The notes below the pieces were generated by a model. That model had not been told where the DNA came from, searched no databases, and was given only the letters and a program-made list of their open reading frames with translations. A stretch of 62,055 bases of DNA, filler included, from Chiloscyllium plagiosum (Eukaryota), in assembly GCF_004010195.1 (NCBI RefSeq). It is 4 parts of one record of this genome, joined end to end, with 100 filler letters (N's around TTAATTAATTAA, not from the genome) between each part and the next. Parts side by side here need not be neighbours in the genome. Positions count along the whole stretch, not along the records: positions 45,499 to 57,512 come from NC_057717.1; positions 57,613 to 62,055 come from NC_057717.1; 2 more parts are not named here. One strand, written 5' to 3'. Below, in pieces: positions 49,637 to 61,365 of this stretch; within the stretch, counting starts at the first letter, position 1, and each line of letters starts with the position of its first letter. Made by a program: the position numbers and the translations under genes.

Positions 49637-50450
49637 CATGATCCCCACCAGACTGATCTCAGAACTCTGAGAGTTTGGTCTCGGCTCCACACTTTGGAAG
49701 TGGATCCACAACTTTCTGACCCAGAGACTGTAATCAGTGAAGATGGGAAACTGCACTTCCTCCATTATAACATGCAACACTGGAGCCGCACACCCCAAAC
49801 CCCACTCCCACCCCCTGCAAGGATGACTTCTTAACTTTTTGCTTTATTCCCTGTACACCCACGACACCATTACCATATTCCAGTTGAACGTCATCTATAA
49901 TTCTGCTAATGACACGACTGCGTTAGGACCAATATCAGACAACGACAACTCAAACTACAGAAAAAAATAAAGGGCTTAGTTACGTGGTTCAGTGAGAACA
50001 ACCTCTCTCTCAATGTCTGCAAAACTAAAGAACTGATCATTGACTACAGGAAGAAAGGACGGCAAAAGGACACTAAAACGCACTTGTCCAGATGTATGGA
50101 GCTGAGGTTGAGAGAGTGGAGACTGAGAGAGGAGTGACAATAACAGACTTCTTATGAGGATCGTATGGTTATAAAGGGACAACAATGTGTCTTCTTCATC
50201 AGGAGGGTCAGGAAATTTGGCATGACCAGAAGGACTCTCACCAATTCCTCCAGATGAACCACTGAAAGCTTACTGTCCAGCTGCATAACAGCCTGGTGTA
50301 GCGGCAGTTCTGCCCAGGACTGTAAAAAACTCAAAAAGGCGCTGCATACAGCTCAGGCTATCACAGAAACCAACCTTCCATTCATGCACTCTATTTACAC
50401 GGCTCGCTGCTGCAGAAAGGCTGACAACATCACCAACGTTCCATCATGCC
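49637..50450 (+). mobile_element. Rex1/Babar-like LINE RT fragment
   Basis: WIHNFLTQR...NTGA...YSLYTHD...ANDTT...NNLSLNVCKTKELIIDYRK motifs. Confidence 0.7.
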
Positions 50451-50455
50451 CTGGT

Positions 50456-50549
50456 AATTCCTGAAGAAGGGCTTATGCCCGAAACGTCGATTCTCCTGTT
50501 CCCTGGATGCTGCCTGACCTGCTGCGCTTTTCCAGCAACACATTTTCAG
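50456..50549 (+). ncRNA. PLE half-repeat beginning with an intact hammerhead core
   Basis: CUGAAGA-A-GGGC-UUAU-GCCC-GAAAC-GUC at 50461-50488, followed by the PLE arm. Confidence 0.7.
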
Positions 50550-50552
50550 TTC

Positions 50553-51830
50553 TTTAAAGATGTGACAAGCAAGGTGGATAATGGGGATCCTGGTGATGCA
50601 ATATATCTGGACTTACAGAAGACATTGAATGAGGTGCAGCACACAATACTAATTCATAAAGTAAAAGTATGTAGGGTAGGGGATAATTCATTAGCTTGGA
50701 TAGACGATTGACTGACCAACAAAACGCAGCAAAGTGAAATAGCTGCAGCATTTTCCGGTTGGCAAATGGCACTAAAATAGGTGGAAAAGTAGGTTACAAT
50801 GAAAATGTAGGAATTACACAAATGAATATGGTGGGAATAGGGGCATGGACGAATGCTTTGCAGATGAAATTTAACATGGACAAGTATGAGGTTACCTGTT
50901 TTATTCAGAGGTATAGAAAGGCATCTTATCATGTAATTGGAGAGAAACTTCAGGTTGCTTTGTACAGAGGGATCTGGGTGCCCATGTGCATATCACAGAA
51001 AACCAGCATGCAGGTCGACCAGATAATGAGGGAGGCAAGTGCAATTGCAGTGTCTCTGTCAAAGGAATAGGATACAAATCGTGAAGTATTACTGTAAATA
51101 TGAAAGGCATTAATAGGATCACAGCTGGAGTACTCTCTGCAGTTTCAGTGCCCTGACTTGAGGATGGATTTAGTTGCATTGGAAATGTTCAGAAGACATT
51201 CACTAGATTGATACCAGAGATGAGACATTTTTCTTATGAAGAGAAATTGAACAGTTCAGGCGTAGACTCTCTGGAGTTCAGAAGAATGAGAGGAGATCTC
51301 ATTGAGTATGATACAATGCTAAAGGTGAGTGAGAACGCAAATGTGAAGTGAATATTTCCTTTTGTGGGCCAATCTGGAACAAGAAATTGTCACTTAACAT
51401 AAAGCAGAGCAGATTTAAAACAAGGGTGAGGATCATTCACTTCACTCAAAGGGTTGTGAGTCTGTGTAATTCAGTGCCACAGAATGCAGAGGACACTGGG
51501 ACACTAAGTAAATGAAGGATAATGGAAAATGTGAAGTGAATATTTCCTTTTGTGGGCCAATCTGGAACAAGAAATTGTCACTTAACATAAAGCAGAGCAG
51601 ATTTAAAACAAGGGTGAGGATCATTCACTTCACTCAGAGGGTTGTGAGTCTGTGTAATTCAGTGCCACAGAATGCAGAGGACACTGGGACACTGAGTAAA
51701 TGAAGGATAATGGAAAGTGGACAGGAAAATGGAACAGAGGCCAAGATGACATCAGCTGTGATCATATTTCATGGCGGAGCAGGCTTGAGTGGGTGAATGC
51801 CGACTTATGCTCTTTGCTGTTATTCAGTCC
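50553..51830 (+). mobile_element. Degenerate CR1 (RT to 3' end) with a 188-bp internal tandem duplication
   Basis: DAIYLDLQK...LAWIDDW motifs; atgtgaagtgaatatttcc recurs at 51341 and 51529. Confidence 0.8.
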
Positions 51831-51858
51831 TTCAAATGTGCTAGACAGGAGTAGGGGG

Positions 51859-52059
51859 TGAAAATGTGTTGCTGGAAAAGCGCAGCAGGTCAGGCAGCAT
51901 CCAAGGAACAGGAGAATCGACGTTTCGGGTATGAACCCTTCTTCACGAATGCCTGAAACGTCGATTCTCCTGCTGCTTGGATGCTGCCTGACCTGCTGCG
52001 CTTTTCCAGCAACACATTTTCAGCTCTGATCTCCAGCATCTGCAGTCCTCACTTTCCCC
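51859..52059. mobile_element. PLE-derived fold-back insertion
   Basis: Same family as 44570-44780; TSD-like caggagtaggggg / caggaggaggggg. Confidence 0.85.
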
Positions 52060-52799
52060 CAGGAGGAGGGGGGGGGGGCATGGTTACCAAACAGGAAGCA
52101 GACATTCAGGACAAATCAACCTTAATCAGTTTGACCGAACATAAACATTGGAGACACACATTGACCAGTGCTATGTCCCCAACTATTTACAACCTCTCTC
52201 AAGGATTTAGAGGATTGGAGCAAACACTCTGCAACTCAGTTTGGTGATAGCACCAAGATAGCAGGAAATTGTGTTATCAAGAGAAGTTGGAGCATTGTAA
52301 GTGGATATAAACAGGTAAAGTCGATAGACTGCAGATGGAAAATAAACATGATACATAACTTGTCATTTTCTTTTCCAGGAAGAATGTTCGTGAAATGGAG
52401 AGAGATCACAGGACTCAGTGATACAGGGTGTCCTGGAGGGTTCAGTCTGACCGGTTCAGACATTTGAAGTGTTGCTCCATCTCCCTAATGTTCCCAGCGG
52501 TCCCATTGCTCTCAGTACACACGGGATATTTTGATGCAGTTGGTGAGCAATGGTGTCTTGTGAGGGATAGGGTGTTTTGGACCGAGTGTCCCGGGTTGGC
52601 CTGCATCTGAGAGGCTATCCTTTCTTCCTACGTGCATATCCAAAGATGACAGGCAAGACTGAATACTTCTGAATGAAGAGGCTGTGGTTGCTGCCAGGGT
52701 TGTGGGCATTGACCAATAAAACAAATGTGTGTCCTTTTCTTTATGACAAAAGTTGTTTCAAAGTTTATCAGTCATCTTTACTCCCAAACCAAAATTGAT

Positions 52800-55700
52800 A
52801 ATAGAAAAAAAATATAAATAATGAAAAATCAGCAATGGTTCCAATACAATGGGCATCACTTTTCATATCATTTCGCACTCATTAATTTCTCCAGCACTAT
52901 TTTGTCCAAATATTAATCTCCTTCATTTCTCCTCTCTTGATATACACTTGCTTCTGCAGCATTTCTAGGGAATTATCTATGTCTTCTTCTGTGAAGGCAA
53001 ACTAAAGTAGTTGTTACTTGCTCTATCACTTCCTGCTTTCTCGTTATCTGTTCACCTGATTTCAGACGATAAGTTGGAAGAATCTCAAAGAAGCTGTCTT
53101 CACTGAAGAGATTTTCATACTTCTTGAAGACCCTGCACTCTGGCATTAAGTGACTAATGATGACCATGAATCCATTGTCGATTGTAAGAAAAACTCACCT
53201 GATTCACTAATCTCCTTCAGGGAAGGAACTGCTGTCTTTATCTGGCCTGGCCTTCATGTGACGCAGCAGTGTGGTTGAATCTTAAATGTGCTTTGGGCAA
53301 TGAGGGATGGATTATAAATGCTGTCCAGCCAGCGATGGCCTCATTCCTGAGGAAGAATGAAGAAAGCACATTAGTTTTTGTTTATATTCCTTGCAAATTG
53401 TCTTTTCACACTTTATGTTCACCCTCTTAATCAACTACTTGGACACCCTATGCTGAATTTTCCCCTGCTCTCAAAGCTCAGGCTTGCTACTATCTCTGAC
53501 AATTTCATATGATTCCTGTTTGAGGTTAGTCTCATTCTCAATTTCTTTTCTTAACCATGTGTGTGCCTATTCCATTTTGTGCCCTTTCTGTCATGCCTTT
53601 TAGAGAAGTCACCAAGTGTAGCACAGCCAACTCACCCCTCACTTGTTTGTAATTTCCTTTGTTTAGATGTATGATCATGGGTTTGTTCTGACCTACATCA
53701 GTTACTATCCCAATGAACAATTCTGACGTATTATGGACATCTTTCCCATAAGCACCTGTCCCAACAAGATTATTAATTAACCTTTCATCGTGGCACAAAC
53801 CCAAATCTGAGACAGTCTGTTCCCAATTTTTTTTCCTCGGCATAATGATGTCAAACCCATCATGTACAGACTCCAACAATTCATTGTCACAGTATAATTA
53901 TGAATGTAGTTTGCCAGTCTATCTGTACATTAAAATGATTATAACGGTAGCGTCCTTGTTGTTTTAATCTTTGATTTTCTACAATCTTCCACTCCTCAGT
54001 GCTGTTTGGAGACTCAGGAAGAACTTCCACGAGTGTTTTCTGCCTCTTGTTGCTTCTTGGATGCATCCAGATTAATTGCATCGAGTTTCCTTGCTACAGT
54101 ATCTGTTCTCAGTGTTGTATTGACTCCATTCTCACAACACCACACCCCACCCCATAAAAGATTCAAAACTCTTTGATAGCCTTTTTCCCTCTGCCTCCAT
54201 TTGCCCTTTACTTTCCTATCTTTTAAATCAGTCTGGAATTCTCTAATTCCTGTCTCCCAGGTCTGGCACTCATCTCCTTACTACTTGGGTTTAAACCCTC
54301 CCCCATAGTAATGTTATGAAGTTGTGGGTGTACTGTATCCTTAAGGGAGCTGAAATTTCTGGCTATCACAAAGTGTGCTGAACATTTTAAAATGTAACAT
54401 TGGGTTGAAACATGTATCTGGTACTGTGTTGCCATGATACAAAAACATCTTCAGAATTCGGCCAATCAACTTAAATGATGTCCCAGGTTCAAAAGTCCAA
54501 TTGAATTTGAATCTTACTATTTTGGATGATGAAATGAAAATGATCTGATGTTTTGGGGTGTAAACATCAAACATTTTGAACAGTTAGTCAGGACAGCAAA
54601 GCACAGCCAGCATCAACAAGATCGCTTGCAGAAGCGGTTGTAAACAGTTGCTGGTTAATATTCTCTGTTAGACCTAAATAATAAAGTAGTTAAGTTTTAG
54701 TTGAAAAAGTATCTTGTGGGATAATTCTTTTCCTCTCAAATTTTAAGAGATTACTGCATGAGTTGAACCGTTTCTGTGTTGCTGGTTTAAATGAGCAGAG
54801 GGGTTTACCGCGTGTGATAACATTAGGGGGGCTTGTCGTCAGGATTTGAACAGTTTGGGTCTTGGATTCATGATTTGAACAGGTTTAAACAGATTAGAAT
54901 AGATTTGAGGTACGATAATGACCATTAGATTTAAATACTTACAGGTTAGTGTCATAGATCTTTAAATAAAATATAGGTGAGACAATTTGTTGAATTTTGG
55001 TGACTTGTGTTTGATTAAATTAAAAGTGAGAGAAATGGCTCTTAAAATTGCTAAACAGGTTCTGGGATTTGAAGATGATTCTCAAATTTGTCAAGAACGT
55101 TTAGAAGGATAGAAAAAAAGTCATCATTTTAGAATTAGCAAAGAAGAAAGATTTGGGTTTAACCAAGGACAAAAGTAAAGCTGAAATTTTAAGGGAATTA
55201 CTCTCATGCTTCGGTGTGTGAAAGAAACAGAAAAGTGCAGTAGAGGTGGAAAACCTTACATTACCAATTGGGAAAAATGGAGTTACAAGATAAACAAAGG
55301 AAGAGAGAGAGAGAAGAGGTAGAGAGGAGGTTCTTAGCTGTGCAAAGACTGAGAGATGAGAAAGGGAGAGAGAAAGAGAGAGAGAAGAAAAGTACAGAGA
55401 AATAGACAGAGAAGAGAGGAACAGAGGAAAAGAGAGGAGAGAGAGAGAGGGAGGAAAAAAACAAGAGGGAGAACGTTCTTAGCCGAGCAAAAAGAAAGAG
55501 AGTTTGAACCTAAGAAGTTGCGACTCAGTCAGCAAAGTCAAGTTAACAGGATGGAGATAAAAAGAGAAGGTAGTAATGCATGCAGGTATGTCAAAACACT
55601 GCCACATTTTGATGACAAAAAAGATCATAATACTCTTACATTCTTAGAACGTTTTAGGACAAAAATATGAGACTATTTCATTGGAGTCTTATTTTAGAGA

Positions 55701-57000
55701 CTTTTCATTCAAAAAAATCTCATGCTGTGGGTTGTAAGTGTGTAATTACAGATGTGTTACCACAGATCTAACTGATCAAGTTCGTGTAAGATTTGTAGTT
55801 ATCCAATGGTTTATATTTGGGAAGAAGTTAAGGTGAATTTAGATTACAGTTATTGGTACATTAGGGCAATGTGTTTAAAGATTGGAAAAACAATGAAGTC
55901 ATCTTTTCATAATGTTGCCTCATGTTATCTGAACTGCGGAGGTGTTATAAAGTTATGGGTGTACTGTACCTTTAAGGAAGCTGAAATTTCTAGCTAGCAC
56001 AAAGTGTACTGAACGTTTAAAAATGTAACATTTCGGCTGAAACACATATGTGGTGCTGTGTTGCTAGGATACAAAAACAAATTCAGAATTCAGCAAATCA
56101 GTGTTAAATGATGCCCCAGATACAAAAGTCCAATTGAATTTGAATCTTCCTCTTTTGAATGACATCAAGTCAATGAATTGATCCGATGTTTTGGGGAATA
56201 AATATCAAACATTCTGAACAGTTAGCCATGAGAGCAAAGAGCAGCTGGCACCAAAAAGATTGCTTGCAGAAGGATCTTCTCTCTGACCGATAACTTCACC
56301 TATCAAAGACCTGGGAAGGTGAATCCCCAAGAAGAAGAAATGAAGACAGGAATACAGGGAATGCTGCCTGGTTTTGAAACAAGAATTTTTTAAAAACTTT
56401 TTATCGGGATTTTTTATTGGACTAGTATTGTGGAGAGGAGTTAAATAGGTTTAAGATAAAGGAGTTATAAATAGTGTTAGTTACTATTCTCTGTTAGACT
56501 TAAAGAATGCAGATGTTCGTTTTTTACTTTGAATAGTAACTTTTGGGATAGTTCTTTGCCTCTTGAATTTTAACAGATTGCAGCACTGGGTGAATCTTTT
56601 CTGAGTTGCTTGTTTAAATGAGCAGAGAGGTTTGCCCCAGGTTGCAACTGTACTAGCGAGTCTCCACTGCAAGGATGTTGGCGCTGGTACTGTTGTGATG
56701 CAAACTTTTTTTGGGTTGTACAGTATCACATTCACCAGAGTAAGTTCTAGTCCCCAGGAAGGTAAATCCCCACTTCCATTCAATCTCTCCTGCCAAACAT
56801 TCAGCTGGTCCATTCTCTATTCCTTGTCTCATTAGTACGTAGAATGGAGATCATTACCTTTGGAGTTTTGTTTTTTAAATTGATGTCCAAGTTTTCTTTA
56901 GAAGGTCTTTACAGGACATTATCCTTCTTTTTATAAACGTTATTGGTCCCAAATTAACCACAACCTCTGGCTAATCTCCCGCTCTCTTTTTGGGACAAGC
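52800..57000 (-). mobile_element. Old CR1 (ORF1/ORF2 junction) split by the LTR element
   Basis: CR1 sequence reads through ...tttaaaccctcccccatagta | ctagcgagtctcc... once the LTR element is removed. Confidence 0.65.
54312..56649 (+). mobile_element. Internally deleted (non-autonomous) relative of the Gmr1-like LTR element
   Basis: LTRs 54312-54822 and 55943-56649; degenerate Pro PBS ~54825-54851; gag start at 55035 joined at ~55620 to the RNase H end (DHNTLTFLERF); TSD gtaa/gtac. Confidence 0.88.
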
Positions 57001-57050
57001 AAAATTAGCAGAGAGCAAATATTAACCAGCAGGCTGAATGACCTCTCTCT

Positions 57051-57512
57051 ACATAGAACATAGAATAGAACATAGAACATAGAACAATACAGCACAGAAC
57101 AGGCCCTTCGGCACACGATGTTGTGCCGAACTTTTAACCTAGATGAAGTACCCATCCATGTACCTATCCAAATGCCGCTTAAAGGTCGCCAATGATTCCG
57201 ACTCTACCACTCCCACGGGCAGCGCATTCCATGCCCCCACCACTCTCTGGGTAAAGAACCCACCCCTGACATCTCCCCTATACCTTCCACCCTCCACCTT
57301 AAATTTATGTCCCCTTGTAACACTCTGTTGTACCCGGGGAAAAAGTTTCTGACTGTCTACTCTATCTATTCCTCTGATCATCTTATAAACCTCTATCAAG
57401 TCACCCCTCATCCTTCGCCGTTCCAACGAGAAAAGGCCGAGAACTCTCAACCTATCCTCGTACGACTTCCTCTCCATTCCAGGCAACATCCTGGTAAATC
57501 TTCCCTGCACCC
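57051..57512 (-). mobile_element. Young CR1 3' end
   Basis: Open ORF2 C-terminus and (catagaa)n tail; near-identical to 21222-21670. Confidence 0.92.
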
Positions 57513-57612
57513 NNNNNNNNNNNNNNNNNNNNNNNNNNNNNNNNNNNNNNNNNNNNTTAATTAATTAANNNNNNNNNNNNNNNNNNNNNNNNNNNNNNNN
57601 NNNNNNNNNNNN

Positions 57613-57970
57613 TGTATAGACAGATTAGACAGAGATAAGCTTTTTCTTTCCCAAGGTGAAGAATTCAATAAAGAGAGGTCACGCATTCAAGGTGAGAAGT
57701 GCAAAGTTTAACGGAATATACTCGGTAAGTACTTTACACAGGGGTTGGTAGGTGCCGAGAACAAGTTGCCTGCAGAGGTAGTAGAGGCAGACACGGTAGA
57801 TTCATTTTAGATGCTTCTGGAAAATGCATGAGTAGGTGGGGGGCATAGGGATACAGATGATTAGGAACTGGGCGACAATAGGTTTTGACAATAGATTTGG
57901 ATAGGCTCAGGCTGGGAGGTTCGAAGGGCATTTTCCTGTGCTGTAAATTTTCTTTGTACTTTTTTTCTTT
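57613..57970 (+). mobile_element. CR1 3' end
   Basis: Same subfamily as 4660-5120; tail ctgtaaattttctttgtactttt. Confidence 0.85.
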
Positions 57971-57971
57971 T

Positions 57972-58850
57972 AATTTCTTGACGACTGTCATCCTGATCTA
58001 GAGAATGTGTGCTCTTTCTAATTGTATTATTCGCTACCGCTTGGCTGTGTCTGAAGCGCATTTACTCTTAGTTATCATCGATTTGATCATCAGACGCACT
58101 CCAATCGTTTATCTGGAGCAGTTTTCTGTCATCAAGCCAGTCCACTTGCACAATATCTGTGATCTTCTGCTGTATGCATCCACTGACTTTTCCGTCCGGT
58201 TCACCGTTACTTTCACATTTGCTCGATTTCTGTCAATTTGTTGCCAAGTTTTCAAATATAAGTATTACTCTGAAAGAATCAGCGATTCTAATTTTTTTTT
58301 CCAAAGGTATCCGCATTAAACTGTTGAAAAAAAAGCATGGTGGTTTATGGTAAGTGTTTTTATCGGCTGTGGATTGAACCATGGTTTACTGAAATAAAGG
58401 GCAATGTTGAATTTTCGCATATCTGGGGATGAATCTAATTTCTGCATTGCAACCTAACGCCTGGGATAACATTTGCCCTGATTCTGCTGTTCAATACTTT
58501 AACAATCACTTACATTTTAGTGACTAGCAGATCCCGGAAAAGACTGCATGTTCACAGCGATGGGGTAAGAAACAGAGACCTATAGATGAATAGCAGAAGG
58601 AAAGCCATCGTCCTGTTTTTTTTCCAGGAAGTATCACTCTCTTCTGGACAGTCGTAATGGTATACAATATATGGGACCCAATGTGGGAGGTCGGATAACC
58701 CGCTTTGTTTCTTGATTATTTCGTACTGGAATTCGGCTTCATGCTGCAGCTCTTGACTTTTATTTAAGTACACTTATACTTATTTAGTGACGCAAGCAGA
58801 GCTCTGGCATCCGTTTAAAAACATGCTTACGAATTCCTTAACTACAATTT
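57972..58850 (+). pseudogene. GPR139/GPR142-like class A GPCR pseudogene, main coding exon
   Basis: NFLTTVILI*RMCALSNCIIRY..AVSEAHLLLVIIDLI (TM1-2); LLYASTDFSVRFTVTFTFARFLSICC (TM3, DRF-type motif decayed); FLHCNLTPGITFALILLFNTLTITYILVTSRSRKRL (TM5); SRRKAIVLF (TM6); EFGFMLQLL (TM7); several stops and frameshifts. Confidence 0.8.
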
Positions 58851-59126
58851 TCATTCCATGTAATAATGCAAGTAACATTAAAAGCATGGACTGGTTTCTC
58901 ATTTTATTTCATGTTTCCTGTGGGTCGATCCAGTCGCCAAGATGACAATAATGAGAGACTGCTCAGCAGTCATAATGTGGGTTTTGGGGCAACACATGTT
59001 GCACATGTTAAGGAGCCACAGGGTCATTACAATTGGATGATTAGTTATTTCCATATGTTGCTTGGGAATTGTTGGTCTGTTTCTTATGATGACGACTATA
59101 AGGGGAAAGGCATCGTTTTAACTCCA

Positions 59127-59581
59127 TGGTGAAAACAATGACTGCAGATGCTGGAAACCATATTCTGGATTAGTGGTGCTGGAAGAACACAGTAGGGTTA
59201 AAATCAACGAGGTAAAATTAATGACTGCAGATGCTGGATACCAGATTCTGGATTAGTGGTGCTGGAAGAGCACAGAAGTTCAGGCAGCATCCGGGGAGCA
59301 GTAAAATCGGTTTTACTGCTCCCACCCCCATCCTCCTCTAGCTTATCTCTCCACGCTTCAGGCTCTTTGCCTTTATTCCTGATAAAGGGCATTTGCCCAA
59401 AACGTCGATTTTACTGCTTCTCGGATGCTGCATGAACTTCTGTGAAATCCAGCACCACTAATCCAGAATCTGGTATCCAGCATCTGCAGTCATTATTTTT
59501 ACCTCGTTGATTTTAACCCTACTGCGAATCCCCTTGCAAGGATGCCTGCCTTGAAGAAGTTTTCCTCCTCCCTCTGCAAGG
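59127..59581. mobile_element. Larger PLE fold-back insertion with mutated hammerhead
   Basis: Inverted arms ~59194-59311 and ~59405-59523; ctgataaagggcatttgcccaaaacgtc at 59379-59406; degenerate TSD atcgttt..actcca at 59112 and 59582. Confidence 0.8.
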
Positions 59582-60544
59582 ATCGTTTGGACTCCACTGT
59601 AATAGTGGATTTATCTGCTGTTCTGCATTAATACAATTCTCTTTTAGATGGCAATCGTCTTTGAAACTCATTAACTATTGCAGTGGGGACAAAAGGCACA
59701 ACATGTGCTCTTCAGGTTTAGTATTGATGATTCAGTTTAGCTTACAGAACAGAAACACCTTAGTTAGTCAAAAAAGACAGCGATAGCACCAGTCAATGTA
59801 AAATAATATCCACTCCATACCTGCGGTATATGTCTTTGCACCTTTTTTTTGGAAAAGAACGTAAGACAAATAATTTTAGACATCAGTGCGTAGTTCAACA
59901 CTTATGTTCACAGGCCAAATTATAGGGAACTCGTACATCATTCGAAAGCTGAAAATACAGACCTGCTTTCATGCTGGTTTGTTGCAGAAATGTTATCCTA
60001 GTCATCATGGAGTTTGGACTAAATAGTTTTGCTGTGTTCAGAATTATGTTCAATGTATTTCCCGCTCTGTTTTCTTTAGCAAATAGGAACCACATTCATT
60101 ATTGATAGACTGAACTCCCAGAGGAATTATTCAATAAGCGTGTTCTGTTTAAAGCAAAGCCGAACAACGTAGTGTACGGGTGATGTTTTAAATTTATCCC
60201 AACTAACGTAGATTGCAATTTTGGCAACAACTATCAAAATCCAACAGTTTAGTGTCTATCCACTCTCCGATATGCATTTATTAATCAACGGGTAGACTTT
60301 AACAGCAGGACAATTACTCAGGAATTGGTCAAAATATTACTTTGGTCACAGCGAGAATGCTATTTGCAATTGTCGAAATTATACAATAGGAAGTATGTGA
60401 TGTGAATGNNNNNNNNNNNNNNNNNNNNNNNNNNNNNNNNNNNNNNNNNNNNNNNNNNNNNNNNNNNNNNNNNNNNNNNNNNNNNNNNNNNNNNNNNNNG
60501 ATTTAAGTTAAGGGACAAATGAAACATGGGAGGAAAAGGCTTAC

Positions 60545-60890
60545 CACACAGACCGTAAATGGTCTCTCGATGTCTTCTCCTGTACCAAAGGTAGAGGCAG
60601 AAAACACTGGTCAGAATGAAGAAGTACATATTGGTATCATTGTAATTTTAAGATTTTTCAACATGCTGGCCACAAGGTGGAAAATGGGATGGAAACGGTG
60701 TGGGATTGAAGCTGTTTGCATAACCACATTTGGTGCACGAGTGTGATTTATTAGTCACCTGTGACTTTTCTTGAGATGACTTTGCTCTGAAGTTGCCACA
60801 GAGCCGTTGTCACGTTGAGTGGTTTAGCCCTGGGCTGTTGTCTTACATCATCAGAAAGCGTCAGTAATTTTGGACACCAGAAACAAAACT
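60545..60890 (-). pseudogene. Possible decayed Ig V-type exon
   Basis: ~345 bp between acceptor tttcttttag and donor gtaagc; frameshifted pieces VRQQP, LKNLK, NDTNMYF and TFGTG. Confidence 0.3.
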
Positions 60891-61142
60891 AAAAGAAACG
60901 ATTCATTATTTAATGTGAGAAATTTGGATTGGCATGACCAGATGTCCAAGAATTCATATGTTTATGATTTGACGAAAATTACATTCCAGAACGTTGAAAT
61001 ACTTAGTATGATATGTTTACGTTACAATTATTAAAAGATAATGCAGCCCATCGGGAAAAAAAATCAATAATCTATTGATAAAGGAAGGCATTGCAGGTGT
61101 AGATGACTCACCGCTGTTTCTGCACTGCTGCTTTCTGCGACT

Positions 61143-61365
61143 GGATTAGAGTGGTGCTGGAAAAGCACAGAAGTTCAGGCAGCATCCGAGGAGCAGGAAC
61201 GTCGACGTTTCCACCCTTCAGGCACTCTGCCTATACTCCTGATGAAGGTTTTTTTTTCCGAAATGTCGATTTTCCTACTGCTCGGATGCTGCCTGAAATG
61301 CTGTGCTTTTCCAGCACCACTCTAATCCGAATCTGGTTTGCAGCATCTGCAGTTATTGTTTTTAC
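61143..61365. mobile_element. PLE fold-back insertion, 15-bp TSD
   Basis: TSD ctgctttctgcgact at 61128-61142 and 61366-61380; ctgatga at 61239 with decayed stem II. Confidence 0.85.

Noticed and set aside
55261..55670. Charged or hydrophobic ORFs from the GA-rich tract (also 7967-8278)
   Set aside because: These are the low-complexity coiled-coil part of decayed gag and its antisense, not separate genes.
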